Source: a virus (lineage: Duplodnaviria; Caudoviricetes). From it: a DNA stretch of 64,000 nucleotides. The notes below the pieces were generated by a model. It was not told the DNA's origin, did not search any database, and saw only the letters and a list, made by a program, of their open reading frames with translations. A program made the position numbers and the translations under genes. Location: the IMG/VR virus record IMGVR_UViG_2654587505_000001, positions 32,001-96,000 of that record, one strand, 5' to 3'. Below are positions 28,470 to 39,072 of this stretch, piece by piece (the stretch's first letter is position 1; each line of letters starts with the position of its first letter).

Positions 28470-30665
28470 ATGCATTACAGCGACAAAAGAGAGGCTAAGG
28501 TAAGAATTTGCCACGCTTTAGAAGAAAAAGGATGGAAAATTTACGGATATAAAGAAGATAGAAGCGATTCCATGACTGACTATTATGATCCTGCTTCTTG
28601 GGATGGTATTGCAGAAAAGAACGGTTATATTCTGGTAATTGATCAATACAACACATATTACAGCGGTTATCAAGTTAAAAAATATAACTATAACAGCAAA
28701 AAATACGTATCTAACGAACGTATCAAAAAGCTTGAAGCTTTGATGAATGATCCAGCAAGCACAGAAAATGAAAAAGCTTCATGTGCTGTTCTCATTGAAA
28801 AGGAAAAAGAAAAGGCAGGAATTGAACCAGAATATACAATTTTAGAAACTTATCCAACATTTAAACATGCTAATCCAAAAGCTTGTTCATGGCACATAGA
28901 AAAAGATGGTCAAATCATCGCAAAGGGTAAGGGTGTTTTCTCTGTAAATGAATATGACTGGGAAGATAAAACTAAAACAGCAGCCGAACAAAAAGCCGAA
29001 AAGGTTAATGCATTCATTAACAAAATTGAATCGATTCTGACCGATGCAGACGCTTTACAACCAGAGATTGTAAAAGTTGAAAAGAAAGTCATTAAACCAG
29101 TTTTAAAAGAAGATCAAACAATTAACGTAAATGATATACTTTCCTTTTCATATCATGGACACTATTGGATCGTAACAGATATTTATACTGTAGGCGAACA
29201 GGTTCGCGTTACTTATGAGTTGTTAGGCAGTGAAAAAAGAGGCTATCAGCGTTTAAACGGTGCAAGTGTAAAAAGATATTATCAGCCATTGGAACGAATT
29301 AAAAAGCAAATGGAAGAAGGAAAGGCCAACGTTTACACACTCCAAGAGGTTACAGAGGTAATAGAAAAAACAGTATATAAAAAGACTAAACGTAAACAAA
29401 AAATGTCGGATGCTCCACAAATTGAAACAAGTGAGAAAACACCAGAGCAGCCACAAGAGCAAGCGCAAAATAACACAAATACATATAAAACAGATATCGC
29501 GGATCAGGCCACTAGCAAGCAATTATGGGCTTTACATTGTGCGACTAAACTGGATACAAGACAATTAAAAATAAGCAAGCAAAAAGCCTCTGAACTAATC
29601 AGTAAATCGAAAAACGGTCAAAGTATCATAGACGAGGTTAAAACGCTTCTAGGGTTAATTGTAGAATCTGAAAACGATATAACAGCAGACATACAAATGA
29701 GCCAAGAGGAAACAACTGAACAAATAAAAGACAATGTTATTTATCATGACTTTGGAAATGTCGAACAAGCAGACGAACAAACTAAAACGGTTATACAAGC
29801 GAAGCCACAAATACAAGAAGAGGAGCAAATCAAACCAATGAGCACATTTGATGATATTCTATCTAAATTTGATAACGTGAAAGTCACAACAGATTCAAAA
29901 ATTGCCACTGATGATCTGGAATACTGCATTAATGAAGAAAGAGAATATAAAAAAGCAATCGACTTGATGATTAAATTTTCAAACGAGATTAAAGAAGTTT
30001 CGGGTCTCGACATTTTAAATGGTGAATGGCACAGGGAAAAGTCGACAAATACATATTTGGAAAGTTATAAATTAAGAGACTTCAAGCAAATTTCATCAGA
30101 TATTAAAGATAAATTTATTTGTAATATTGCTAATTGGTTTAATGATAAATATAATGTAACAATTGATTATGACAAAATACAAAGGAAATATGACTTAAAT
30201 GTAACATATCAAAATATTATAGATGAGATTATGATTCAACTTGATGGTTATAATTTTACTGAAAAAGCCGTGCAAGAGATAAAAGGAAATGCTAAAAAAA
30301 CAGTTATAAATAGCGATAAAATAACAATTAAAAACAACAAGTTAATTATCGATGGATGGTTTTCTCATTTTGATTCCATATGGAGGGAACATAGACTAAG
30401 TGGAAAAAGCATAGACATATTTAACGCATTACAACATTTTGATAATGGTTCTATAAAAGGCAATGAAGAATTGAACAGTAAATATATAGGCTATAATAAC
30501 GAGCGAAACCAAGCGAATTATGAACGCTATGAACCTATGACATTAGATAAGGTTAAATCAATTAAGTTTTTGAAAAACGGTAAATTAGAAATCGAATTTA
30601 AATCTAATCAACTATCTACACAATTTGCTAAAGAGTATTGCGGATATAATCAGAAATCAGCATAA
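28470..30665 (+). CDS. Large multidomain hypothetical protein upstream of the DarB-like gene
   Basis: ~730 aa; RIKKLEALMNDPASTENE and ATSKQLWAL...ISKQKASELI segments; low-complexity linkers. Confidence 0.65.
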   Translation: MHYSDKREAKVRICHALEEKGWKIYGYKEDRSDSMTDYYDPASWDGIAEKNGYILVIDQYNTYYSGYQVKKYNYNSKKYVSNERIKKLEALMNDPASTENEKASCAVLIEKEKEKAGIEPEYTILETYPTFKHANPKACSWHIEKDGQIIAKGKGVFSVNEYDWEDKTKTAAEQKAEKVNAFINKIESILTDADALQPEIVKVEKKVIKPVLKEDQTINVNDILSFSYHGHYWIVTDIYTVGEQVRVTYELLGSEKRGYQRLNGASVKRYYQPLERIKKQMEEGKANVYTLQEVTEVIEKTVYKKTKRKQKMSDAPQIETSEKTPEQPQEQAQNNTNTYKTDIADQATSKQLWALHCATKLDTRQLKISKQKASELISKSKNGQSIIDEVKTLLGLIVESENDITADIQMSQEETTEQIKDNVIYHDFGNVEQADEQTKTVIQAKPQIQEEEQIKPMSTFDDILSKFDNVKVTTDSKIATDDLEYCINEEREYKKAIDLMIKFSNEIKEVSGLDILNGEWHREKSTNTYLESYKLRDFKQISSDIKDKFICNIANWFNDKYNVTIDYDKIQRKYDLNVTYQNIIDEIMIQLDGYNFTEKAVQEIKGNAKKTVINSDKITIKNNKLIIDGWFSHFDSIWREHRLSGKSIDIFNALQHFDNGSIKGNEELNSKYIGYNNERNQANYERYEPMTLDKVKSIKFLKNGKLEIEFKSNQLSTQFAKEYCGYNQKSA

Positions 30666-30745
30666 CAGCAGTAGACCATAATAACAGCCGCTTTCCTGAA
30701 TCAATGGTAAAGGTTAGCGGCTCACAATAGGAGGTATATCATTTA

Positions 30746-30943
30746 ATGCTCAAATATGTTGAAAGAAGTTTTTATAATGAGTGGGTATCATTCGAATATA
30801 AAAGAAAGACATACACAAGAGATTTAACAGACGTTATAGACAATGGCAAACAGTGTTTTGGGTATTTTGAATTCAATAATAAAAAGTATCAATTAGTTAT
30901 TTTTGTTAATCCTTATGATGTTCATATTCTTGAATTGATTTAA
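30746..30943 (+). CDS. Hypothetical protein
   Basis: RBS AGGAGG. Confidence 0.55.
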   Translation: MLKYVERSFYNEWVSFEYKRKTYTRDLTDVIDNGKQCFGYFEFNNKKYQLVIFVNPYDVHILELI

Positions 30944-31000
30944 ATAACAGCAGCATATAACAGGAGCCAGCACTATCCTTGTTGGCTCCTTAGAAATAAG

Positions 31001-34000
31001 GTGATACAAATGTATAAAATATCTAATACTGTCATTCCGCAAAATAAGCGTAAAGAGATTAACGAAAAAATTCTTTACCTTATTGAGAATAACCTTACAA
31101 CAAAGTATAATATAACAGCCGAAAATGTCTATAACAGTTATACAGGTTTTGGCGGTCTCCACGGCTTAAATTATTATGATTATGATTCTTATCATGCTTT
31201 TAGTGAAGCAAAAAAAGAAATTGAACTAGGAGCCTTTTTCACTCCTCATGATGTATCTAAATTCCTTGTAGATTGCGTGAAACCATCGAATCATGATCTA
31301 ATTGCAGATTTGACGTGTGGCATGGGGAATTTCTTTAACTGGCTTCCCAATCATTCCAATGTATACGGATGTGAAATTGATATCAGGTCTTACAAGGTGG
31401 CAAAATTCCTTTATCCTGATATCAATATAACAGCCGATGACATAAGGAACTGGGCTACTAATGTTTCGTTTGATCTTGTACTAGGTAATCCTCCATTTAA
31501 TTTAAAATGGAATGTAGGTAAAGAAGAGTATTTAAGCCAGTTATACTACTGTCTAAAGGCTTATGACGTTCTCAAACCTGCTGGAATACTTGCCTTGATT
31601 GTTCCTGTTTCATTCCTTGTTGACGATTTCACAGACTCAGGAATGATCAAAACTATTAACAATAGATTCAACTTTATATATCAGGTTGAATTACCTTCGG
31701 ATGTTTTTAAAAATGTTGGCGTATCCTCGTACCGTACTAAAATCATGTTCTTTCAAAAGAAGTCTGAACACATAACAGTCGATAAACCATATAGCAGCCA
31801 ATTATTAATAACAGAAATAGACCAAAAGAGCAGCGATTTTATATATAACACATACATAAAACCAGTTATCGAACAAAAGGAAAAAGTTAAACATAAACTT
31901 TTCTTTGAGAGTTTGCATAGTAACAGCGATGACTTAGAGTTTCAGGCTAAAGTTACAAAATATCTGTATGACATTAAGCGTAATCCAAATATCAATAAGA
32001 ACTATGCCAAATGTATAGAATATGTTAACAGGTATCATACTCAAACTATGCCTGAAGGTATGAAATTTGATGAATGGCAAAAAGTCAGACTAACCAAAGA
32101 AAAAGTTTTATCTTATCTTAAACGCATTATCAAGAATCAACATAACAGCGAACGTGACGAGATACGGCTAGTTAAAACAAATTATGGTTTACGACTAAAA
32201 GGTTATTCACAAAAAGATAAGATATATTTGTCAAAGTATACTGGTGTTAAAGAAATGTCATTCACTGATATGATACTAAGTAACAGTTACCCATTTGATG
32301 ATCAGACTTATAAAAAGTTGTATAACAGAAAGGTTAAAAAATCATGTCAGCAATCCGAATCATTTAAAAAAATAGGTAACAATCCACTTATAACAGAATG
32401 GTTAGAAAATTTTAGATTATATAATAATGAGACTAACCAGACAATACAATTAAAGGATTTTCAAAAAGAAGATCTAGGCAAAATTCTGCAAAAAGATAAA
32501 GCATTGTTAGCTTGGAATGTCGGATTAGGTAAAACAGAAGCAGGAATAACATGGATGAAATACATGAATCAACATAAGCACATTAGAAACACTTTTATTG
32601 TATCGTCTAGTATTTCAATTAAAATGACATGGACTAAACGGTTAGACCAATATGGAATCAAATATAAAAAAATTGAATCATTGTCAGATGTACTAAATTT
32701 AAAACAAGGTGATACTGTTTTATTCTCGTTTAATATGCTTGTTAAGTATCAAAAACATATTAAACATTATATTCGTCTACAGTCGCGTAAAATTGCCTTA
32801 ATATTAGACGAATCACATCGTTGTATATATCCAAGCACAAAAACGACAAAAGCCGTTACAAGTGTGTTTCAGCGTGTTCCATATAAACTATTGGCAAGTG
32901 GGACACCGACAAAAAATAATGCTAATGAATTGTATCCTCAATTTATGATTTTGTATGGTAGCAGCAATAACTTTATCTGCGAATGTCCAACGATCCAACA
33001 GGAGGATAAAAAAACAGGAGAGTTAAAAGAGAATGAAAATAAATATTACATGAAGCCATTTCCTGCATATAATCAATCATTGTTTTCTGCTTGTTTTTCT
33101 CCTAAGAAAGCAACAGTTTTTGGAGTAGAAAAAGCAAATCAAGATATATATCATTCGGATAAATTGATCAAACTAATTGAAAAAACAATTATAGTTAGAA
33201 GTATGTTCGAAGTGTTAAATAAAGATATGGTCGAATTTGTCACTCATCGGATCAACCAAAATGAAAACGAAAAAGAAGTATATAGACAAATCATGGAAGA
33301 GTTTCACACTATGGTTAGATCATACTACGGAACAACAGGCAATTACCGTAAAGATGCCATGTTACGGATTATTCAACAAATTCAATTGTTACAAAAAGCC
33401 GTTTCCATTCCTCATAAATTAAAGGAATATAATGGATATAAAGAACCAAACAAATATAAAAAAATTAAACACATTATCAAAAATGCTGATAATCAAAAGG
33501 TTGCAATTGGAACAACTTTTATAGATGCATCTACTTATTATTTTCACAAGTTAAGAGACGAGTTTTCAGATCGAAAAGTATTCCTTATACTTGGTGAAAC
33601 GTCATTCAAAAAGCGTACAGAGATTATTGAAGAATTTGAAGCAACAGAGAATGGAATACTGGTATCAACTCAAATGAGCCTATCTGAGAGCGTTAATATC
33701 CCTTCCTGTGACGTTGCAATATGTGAGGGTCTACAATATAACATTGCAAATATGATGCAGTATATTGGACGTTTTACACGCTTAAACAGCAAGAATAAAA
33801 CGACAATACATTTTATAACGTACACGAATACGCTGGAGCAAAATATCCTAGCTTTATTAATGGCAAAGCAGCGGATCAATGAGTTTGTGAAACAGTGTGA
33901 GTACAAAGAAGATGCAGATATATTTGATGAGTTTGGAATCAGTTTAGACATATTCAATAGTATCATTACTAAAGAGTATGACGAAAACGGATCAGTAAAA

Positions 34001-34030
34001 TTGAGTTGGGGAAGGCAAAATGTAATATAA
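31001..34030 (+). CDS. N6-adenine DNA methyltransferase fused to SNF2-like helicase (DarB-like)
   Basis: FFTP, DLTCGMG (SAM binding), GCEID, LGNPPF; helicase VGLGKT, LDESH, ASGTP, QYIGRFTR. Confidence 0.85.
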   Translation: MIQMYKISNTVIPQNKRKEINEKILYLIENNLTTKYNITAENVYNSYTGFGGLHGLNYYDYDSYHAFSEAKKEIELGAFFTPHDVSKFLVDCVKPSNHDLIADLTCGMGNFFNWLPNHSNVYGCEIDIRSYKVAKFLYPDINITADDIRNWATNVSFDLVLGNPPFNLKWNVGKEEYLSQLYYCLKAYDVLKPAGILALIVPVSFLVDDFTDSGMIKTINNRFNFIYQVELPSDVFKNVGVSSYRTKIMFFQKKSEHITVDKPYSSQLLITEIDQKSSDFIYNTYIKPVIEQKEKVKHKLFFESLHSNSDDLEFQAKVTKYLYDIKRNPNINKNYAKCIEYVNRYHTQTMPEGMKFDEWQKVRLTKEKVLSYLKRIIKNQHNSERDEIRLVKTNYGLRLKGYSQKDKIYLSKYTGVKEMSFTDMILSNSYPFDDQTYKKLYNRKVKKSCQQSESFKKIGNNPLITEWLENFRLYNNETNQTIQLKDFQKEDLGKILQKDKALLAWNVGLGKTEAGITWMKYMNQHKHIRNTFIVSSSISIKMTWTKRLDQYGIKYKKIESLSDVLNLKQGDTVLFSFNMLVKYQKHIKHYIRLQSRKIALILDESHRCIYPSTKTTKAVTSVFQRVPYKLLASGTPTKNNANELYPQFMILYGSSNNFICECPTIQQEDKKTGELKENENKYYMKPFPAYNQSLFSACFSPKKATVFGVEKANQDIYHSDKLIKLIEKTIIVRSMFEVLNKDMVEFVTHRINQNENEKEVYRQIMEEFHTMVRSYYGTTGNYRKDAMLRIIQQIQLLQKAVSIPHKLKEYNGYKEPNKYKKIKHIIKNADNQKVAIGTTFIDASTYYFHKLRDEFSDRKVFLILGETSFKKRTEIIEEFEATENGILVSTQMSLSESVNIPSCDVAICEGLQYNIANMMQYIGRFTRLNSKNKTTIHFITYTNTLEQNILALLMAKQRINEFVKQCEYKEDADIFDEFGISLDIFNSIITKEYDENGSVKLSWGRQNVI

Positions 34031-34236
34031 GGAGAGGATAATTCCTCTCTAGTTTTACTAATTGAACCACCCATGACTTTAGTTATGGGTGGTCTCGCCA
34101 AAGTTATAAAAAATATCTTTTATTTCGATACTTGAAAATAAATTATGTTAAAAACAAAAAAAACTTTACATATATAAACAATGATGATACAATAATAAAT
34201 ATAAAGAATATACAAATACATAGGAGAAGATAACAA

Positions 34237-34422
34237 ATGGACAATCAAAATATTTATCAAGAAAATGGATATACAAACAGAAGGGAATACCTTGAATCAC
34301 TTGCAGAAGATTATGGTGTGTCACTTGAAACTGTGCTTGCAATTGCAGATATGTACGGCGAGTCTGAAGATTTTGACGGTCTACTCTCAGCGTTAGAGGA
34401 CGCACAAGACATGGAATTATAA
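34237..34422 (+). CDS. Small acidic hypothetical protein
   Basis: Own promoter TTTACA-N17-TACAAT; RBS AGGAG. Confidence 0.65.
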   Translation: MDNQNIYQENGYTNRREYLESLAEDYGVSLETVLAIADMYGESEDFDGLLSALEDAQDMEL

Positions 34423-34523
34423 AAGATTATTAATATCGACTAGATAGAAAACTTGCAGATTTTCTATCTAGTCAAAAGGTATTAAAACGTATCTTTTATG
34501 ATAACAGAAAGGATAAATAAATA

Positions 34524-34823
34524 ATGAGCGATAAAGAATTTTATGACTTAATTCATTCGTTTATATGTAATAATAAATGTAGTCTAAACACATGGTACGA
34601 ATTTAAACTAAAAGATGACAAAAAGGGAGTAAATATTCACTGTGAGGTAACGATACCAAACATAGGAAACATAAGAATAAGAAAACCATTTAAAATTGCT
34701 GGAACAAATGGGTATGGTGAAACAGTCTACAATTATTATTTGTGTCGCTTTACGAATAACAGAGAGTTAAAACACGAGGGAATTATTGAAGGATTGCGGT
34801 CTGAGGTTAAGAAAATTGTATAA
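34524..34823 (+). CDS. Hypothetical protein
   Basis: Flanked by boundary palindromes at 34482 and 34845. Confidence 0.55.
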   Translation: MSDKEFYDLIHSFICNNKCSLNTWYEFKLKDDKKGVNIHCEVTIPNIGNIRIRKPFKIAGTNGYGETVYNYYLCRFTNNRELKHEGIIEGLRSEVKKIV

Positions 34824-34893
34824 CAGTAGCCGTATTAAATCATTATGAAATTTGCATTTTATTTCTTGATAAATAAGTTATAAAAAAGTCATT

Positions 34894-34981
34894 ATGCAAG
34901 TTAAATGCAAGTTAAAAAATCACGCAATAACAAGGTTTTTGGTTGATGGTTAAGTTGTAAATCAAGTTAGAATCAAGTTAA
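34894..34981 (+). repeat. 11-bp-period direct repeats (CAAGTTA core)
   Basis: ATGCAAGTTAA x2, then GTTAAGTTGTA, AATCAAGTTAG, AATCAAGTTAA. Confidence 0.7.
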
Positions 34982-35090
34982 ATACAAATGAAATATCTAT
35001 ATTCTTTACCCAAACAAAAAGATAAATTTATATTGACATTTCACGCTAGAGTGAATATTGTATAAATATAATAAAAATGGAGGAAATTAA

Positions 35091-35597
35091 ATGATTAAAG
35101 TGGTTTCTAGTGATCTTGTTGAAAAAGATAATGTCGGACTTATTGCAATTGATGATAATTTTTACTTGGTTGATACGGATATATGCACTAATAAGGCTGT
35201 TCTTCTTCACTCTTTTGATATCGAAACATTTGCAGAAATGTCTTTCCAGTCATACGATAAAGAAGAAGAAATGGAACAATATTTTAAAGCAATCATGACG
35301 CAGGAAAAACTTAGAGAAGTGTTTAATTGTGATAACCCAAAGAAAGAATTTGAGAATATCATTAAAGAAACTTTTAATATTGAAAATGAGCAACATAATA
35401 CAATCGATTTAAATGACCCAAGGATCATGTCATCTGCTGAAGCATGTGAACAATGGGGAATTGACGATTCAACGTTGAGAAAGGCACATAATCGGTTTCC
35501 TATTGGCTCTATTCGGAAATTTGGGCGCGATTGGGTGGTAACTGATTTTGGTATGAATCAAGTATTCGGAAGACGTAAAGAAGATAACGGTAAATGA
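35091..35597 (+). CDS. Protein with C-terminal HTH domain
   Basis: IMSSAEACEQWGIDDSTLRKA...RKFGRDWVVT; promoter at 35033 contains palindrome TTCAC-N6-GTGAA. Confidence 0.7.
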   Translation: MIKVVSSDLVEKDNVGLIAIDDNFYLVDTDICTNKAVLLHSFDIETFAEMSFQSYDKEEEMEQYFKAIMTQEKLREVFNCDNPKKEFENIIKETFNIENEQHNTIDLNDPRIMSSAEACEQWGIDDSTLRKAHNRFPIGSIRKFGRDWVVTDFGMNQVFGRRKEDNGK

Positions 35598-35688
35598 ATT
35601 GTTCATTTCCTAGTCTTATATTGTTCATGGTATAATAACAGCAATATAAAAATATTACTTTGCAATTATTAATTTACAATAAAAGGAG

Positions 35689-35910
35689 ATGTTTAAAATG
35701 TTGTTCAAAATTAATGAAACATATGTTGCAATGGTAGATGAAAATGTTGTTCATTTTAAAGTGTTGGATCAAGTGAATAATACTCAATTCTTGATTCAAT
35801 GGTTTGATGATAACGGCACGAAAAGAGAGAAGGAAGTCGCAGAAATCAATAACATGATTGAATGGATTAATGATTACAAAGCAAGCATTGAAGATGTTTC
35901 GATGAAATAA
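35689..35910 (+). CDS. Hypothetical protein
   Basis: RBS AAGGAG. Confidence 0.55.
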   Translation: MFKMLFKINETYVAMVDENVVHFKVLDQVNNTQFLIQWFDDNGTKREKEVAEINNMIEWINDYKASIEDVSMK

Positions 35911-35929
35911 TTGTTTTAAGGGGGCGCTT

Positions 35930-36118
35930 ATGACTAGTCTAATCGATAAATCCTTCCGCTGGATCGTGCATTACAAAGACGGTACACAGCGTTACAGTAA
36001 CCTACAGACAAAGAATGACGTTTACTTTTGGGAAAAGAAAATCGGCAACATAGATAATATGGACGACATTATAGAGAATCTTCTGTATGAACCAATTCAG
36101 CAGCCTAAATGGGATTAG
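35930..36118 (+). CDS. Hypothetical protein
   Basis: RBS AAGGGGG. Confidence 0.5.
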   Translation: MTSLIDKSFRWIVHYKDGTQRYSNLQTKNDVYFWEKKIGNIDNMDDIIENLLYEPIQQPKWD

Positions 36119-36182
36119 TAAAATATATTGCTATTACCAATGTATAGGTGTAAAATTAAGACATAATTTCCATTAAAGGTGA

Positions 36183-37268
36183 GTGGACAATTTGGATAAC
36201 TTTCCTGAACTTATGCGTACGTTGTCGAAACGTGTTGAAAAAATTAAAGATTCAATCTCTACCGAAGAAGCCACTAAGACATCTATCATCATGCCATTCT
36301 TTCAAGCTTTGAATTATGACGTATTTAATCCGGAGGAATTCCTACCTGAATTTGTAGCCGATGTGGGAATTAAAAAAGGTGAGAAAGTTGATTTTGCAAT
36401 CATTCAAGATAATCAACCAATTATTTTGGTTGAAGCTAAGGCAATCAATGAAAAATTGCAAAAGCATGATTCTCAGCTTTTCAGATACTTTGGTACCACC
36501 AAGGCGAAGTTCGCTATACTTACAAACGGTGTTCATTATAAATTCTTCACTGACTTAGAAGAACAAAATAAGATGGATACCAATCCGTTTTTTGAGTTTA
36601 ATTTATTAGATATTAGAGACAATCAACTTACTGAGCTTTATAAATTCAGGAAAGAAAACTTTAATGTTGATAATATCTTTAACACAGCTTCTGATTTGAA
36701 GTATACAAATGAGATTAAGCAATTCCTTGCAAAACAATGGGAGAATCCATCAGACGAATTTATTTCCTTTATCCTAACTGATATTTATCAGGGAAAGAAA
36801 ACTAAACAAGTAATTGAGAAGTTTTCCGGTGTTGTAAAGAAATCGTTAAAACAGTTTGTTAATGACACTTTAAACGATACATTAAAGGCTGCTATTGCCA
36901 ACACAAATGCAGAAGCAGTTTCGGAAGCAGTGGCTACTGTAAGTTCAGTACAGACAGTAAATGATGAACCAGAAAAACCAGTCATTGTTACAACTGAGGA
37001 AGAGCTAGAAGGTTATGTGACAGTTAAATTATTGCTGTCCGAATTCATTGATTCTGCAAGAGTATTTTATAGAGACAATCAAAGTTACATGAACGTTTTA
37101 CTGGATGATAATATTAGAAAGTGGATTTGCCGTTTAGGTTTTAACTCCAGTAATAAATTTATTACCTTAAATGATGAAAATAGGACAACATTTAACATTG
37201 AACTTGTTTCGGACATTATTAGCTATAAGAATCAGATTATTGAAGTAGCAAAAAAATTTGATAAGTAG
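36183..37268 (+). CDS. HsdR_N-domain (type I restriction enzyme R N-terminal) nuclease protein
   Basis: TEEATKTSIIMPFFQALNYDVFNP, KKGEKVDFAI, LVEAK, QLFRYF, ILTNG. Confidence 0.85.
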   Translation: MDNLDNFPELMRTLSKRVEKIKDSISTEEATKTSIIMPFFQALNYDVFNPEEFLPEFVADVGIKKGEKVDFAIIQDNQPIILVEAKAINEKLQKHDSQLFRYFGTTKAKFAILTNGVHYKFFTDLEEQNKMDTNPFFEFNLLDIRDNQLTELYKFRKENFNVDNIFNTASDLKYTNEIKQFLAKQWENPSDEFISFILTDIYQGKKTKQVIEKFSGVVKKSLKQFVNDTLNDTLKAAIANTNAEAVSEAVATVSSVQTVNDEPEKPVIVTTEEELEGYVTVKLLLSEFIDSARVFYRDNQSYMNVLLDDNIRKWICRLGFNSSNKFITLNDENRTTFNIELVSDIISYKNQIIEVAKKFDK

Positions 37269-37275
37269 TTTTATT

Positions 37276-37303
37276 AAAAGGGTGGACGGATGTCTACCCT
37301 TTT
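37276..37303 (+). terminator. Terminator after the HsdR_N gene
   Basis: AAAAGGGTGGAC-GGAT-GTCTACCCTTTT. Confidence 0.65.
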
Positions 37304-37473
37304 AATCTTGAAATATTTTTTTATGATGCCCTTATCGCGGCTTTTATTTTCCTGATAAAAAGATGATTTTACTATAATAAATACTTAAAAATTAAGTAAA
37401 AACAATTGACATCTAAGTGAGAAAGGTATATATTGAATTCAAGAGGAAAAGAAAGGAAGGGGGTTAATCAAAT

Positions 37474-37908
37474 ATGCGACTTGGATTATATATAAAGGAT
37501 GTTATTAAGAAGCAAGGAAGAACATTGAAGTGGGTATCAGATCAACTTGAAATGAATGAACGTACATTTGCTGGAAAATTAAATAGGGACAGTATAACAG
37601 GGGAAGAATTACTGAGACTTAGCGATATACTTGGAATCGATCTTAAACAATTAAAAGAGGAGATGTTGAAAATGAATATTACCGAATACACAGTTCTTGA
37701 TTTTAAAGGAATGAAAGGTTCTGTGCCTTATCATTATAATGTTATTAAACTCGGTGAAAACATGTACTATAAAGGATATGACGAAGATAAAATTAAGGTT
37801 ACGTCTGATATTAAGTGGGCATCCCATATTGTCCCAAAGTTTGGTGAAGAGACTGTAGGGTTTATTAAAAAGTTTTATGATGAAGAAGGAAGACGGAAAG
37901 ATTCATAG
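37474..37908 (+). CDS. N-terminal HTH regulator
   Basis: IKKQGRTLKWVSDQLEMNERTFAGKLNR...ELLRLSDILGID. Confidence 0.65.
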   Translation: MRLGLYIKDVIKKQGRTLKWVSDQLEMNERTFAGKLNRDSITGEELLRLSDILGIDLKQLKEEMLKMNITEYTVLDFKGMKGSVPYHYNVIKLGENMYYKGYDEDKIKVTSDIKWASHIVPKFGEETVGFIKKFYDEEGRRKDS

Positions 37909-37923
37909 GGAATCCATAGGAGG

Positions 37924-38169
37924 TTGTTGAATATGGGGAGGTACGATAAATATGTTGCATGTGAGTTCGGATACATGGATGATAATGGTTTTCGTAGATT
38001 AATTTATACGGGATCAGAAAAACAAGAATATTCAGGACTGGAATGTAGTAGATGTGGAAAAGAATTAAAGGGATACATTGCACACACTTTTAATGATGAA
38101 GATGAGGCTGAATGGAGATTTGGTAGTGAGTGCGTTAAATACGTTTTTGGGGCAGGATTGGGGAAATGA
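37924..38169 (+). CDS. Hypothetical Zn-binding protein
   Basis: CSRCGK...H...FGSEC; stop lies inside a boundary palindrome. Confidence 0.6.
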   Translation: MLNMGRYDKYVACEFGYMDDNGFRRLIYTGSEKQEYSGLECSRCGKELKGYIAHTFNDEDEAEWRFGSECVKYVFGAGLGK

Positions 38170-38208
38170 AAGGGTTATTTCATCATCTAATGAGGAGCGA
38201 TAAATAAA

Positions 38209-38421
38209 ATGGATAACAGTGTTCTGATTAATAGAATCCAAAAATATCAAGATAACACCAAAGAAGGAGTAAGATGTGGTCATTACTATACACATGGAAA
38301 AGTTGTTCCTATTATTCAAAAAGGCGAAGTAATTTTAAAATGCCAGCGGTGTAGTTGGAGCAGCCGATTCATCGCTCCTATTTTTTACAGAGACGATTTT
38401 GAGGAGGTATACAACAATTAA
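38209..38421 (+). CDS. Hypothetical Zn-binding protein
   Basis: CGH...H...CQRC; RBS GAGGAG. Confidence 0.55.
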   Translation: MDNSVLINRIQKYQDNTKEGVRCGHYYTHGKVVPIIQKGEVILKCQRCSWSSRFIAPIFYRDDFEEVYNN

Positions 38422-38587
38422 TCCGATGAAATGACTGTTTTAATGGACTAGACGGAATGGCTAGATTTTAAGTGGTTTATTTTATTATGAAATTGTGCAT
38501 AAACAATACTACAGATAGAAACTGCTTACGCTTAACAGTGTATACAGTTTTGTTTTTGTTTACTCATTACACAAAAAGAAACCACCT

Positions 38588-38857
38588 TCATTTAGAAGAT
38601 GGTTTTTGTGCCTTAAAATGAATCTCTAGTTTATCGATCTCCATGTAAATTTCGTGTAACCAATCCCAATCATTAGTCATACAAGCCATTGAAGAATAGT
38701 TGTATAATCGAGATAATTTAAATATAAATTCAGCGTTAACCTTTAGACACATTGCAATCTCATCCATTTCGCTTGTTGTTAATTCTCTTTGCTGTTGGAC
38801 AAAGTATAACTCTCCAAGCCGTTGATATATTGGATGCATGTAAACCACTCCAATCAT
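38588..38857 (-). CDS. Hypothetical protein
   Basis: Minus-strand island downstream of an HTH gene. Confidence 0.55.
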   Translation of the reverse strand: MIGVVYMHPIYQRLGELYFVQQQRELTTSEMDEIAMCLKVNAEFIFKLSRLYNYSSMACMTNDWDWLHEIYMEIDKLEIHFKAQKPSSK

Positions 38858-39072
38858 AATAATTTGTTTTTAATCCAGTAATACAATCAGTACATACTTG
38901 TTCTTGACGTTCGTATGCTGTTTTCAATTCATTCTTTTTACAATAGATGCATTTCATATTGTTCACCTCCAGAATAAAACCATGTAATTGATGCAATTTG
39001 TATTTGTTATATGTATATGCAGAGCTGAGTGAAAAATACATACTTTTGAGTATAAAATAAATAAAAAAAAGC

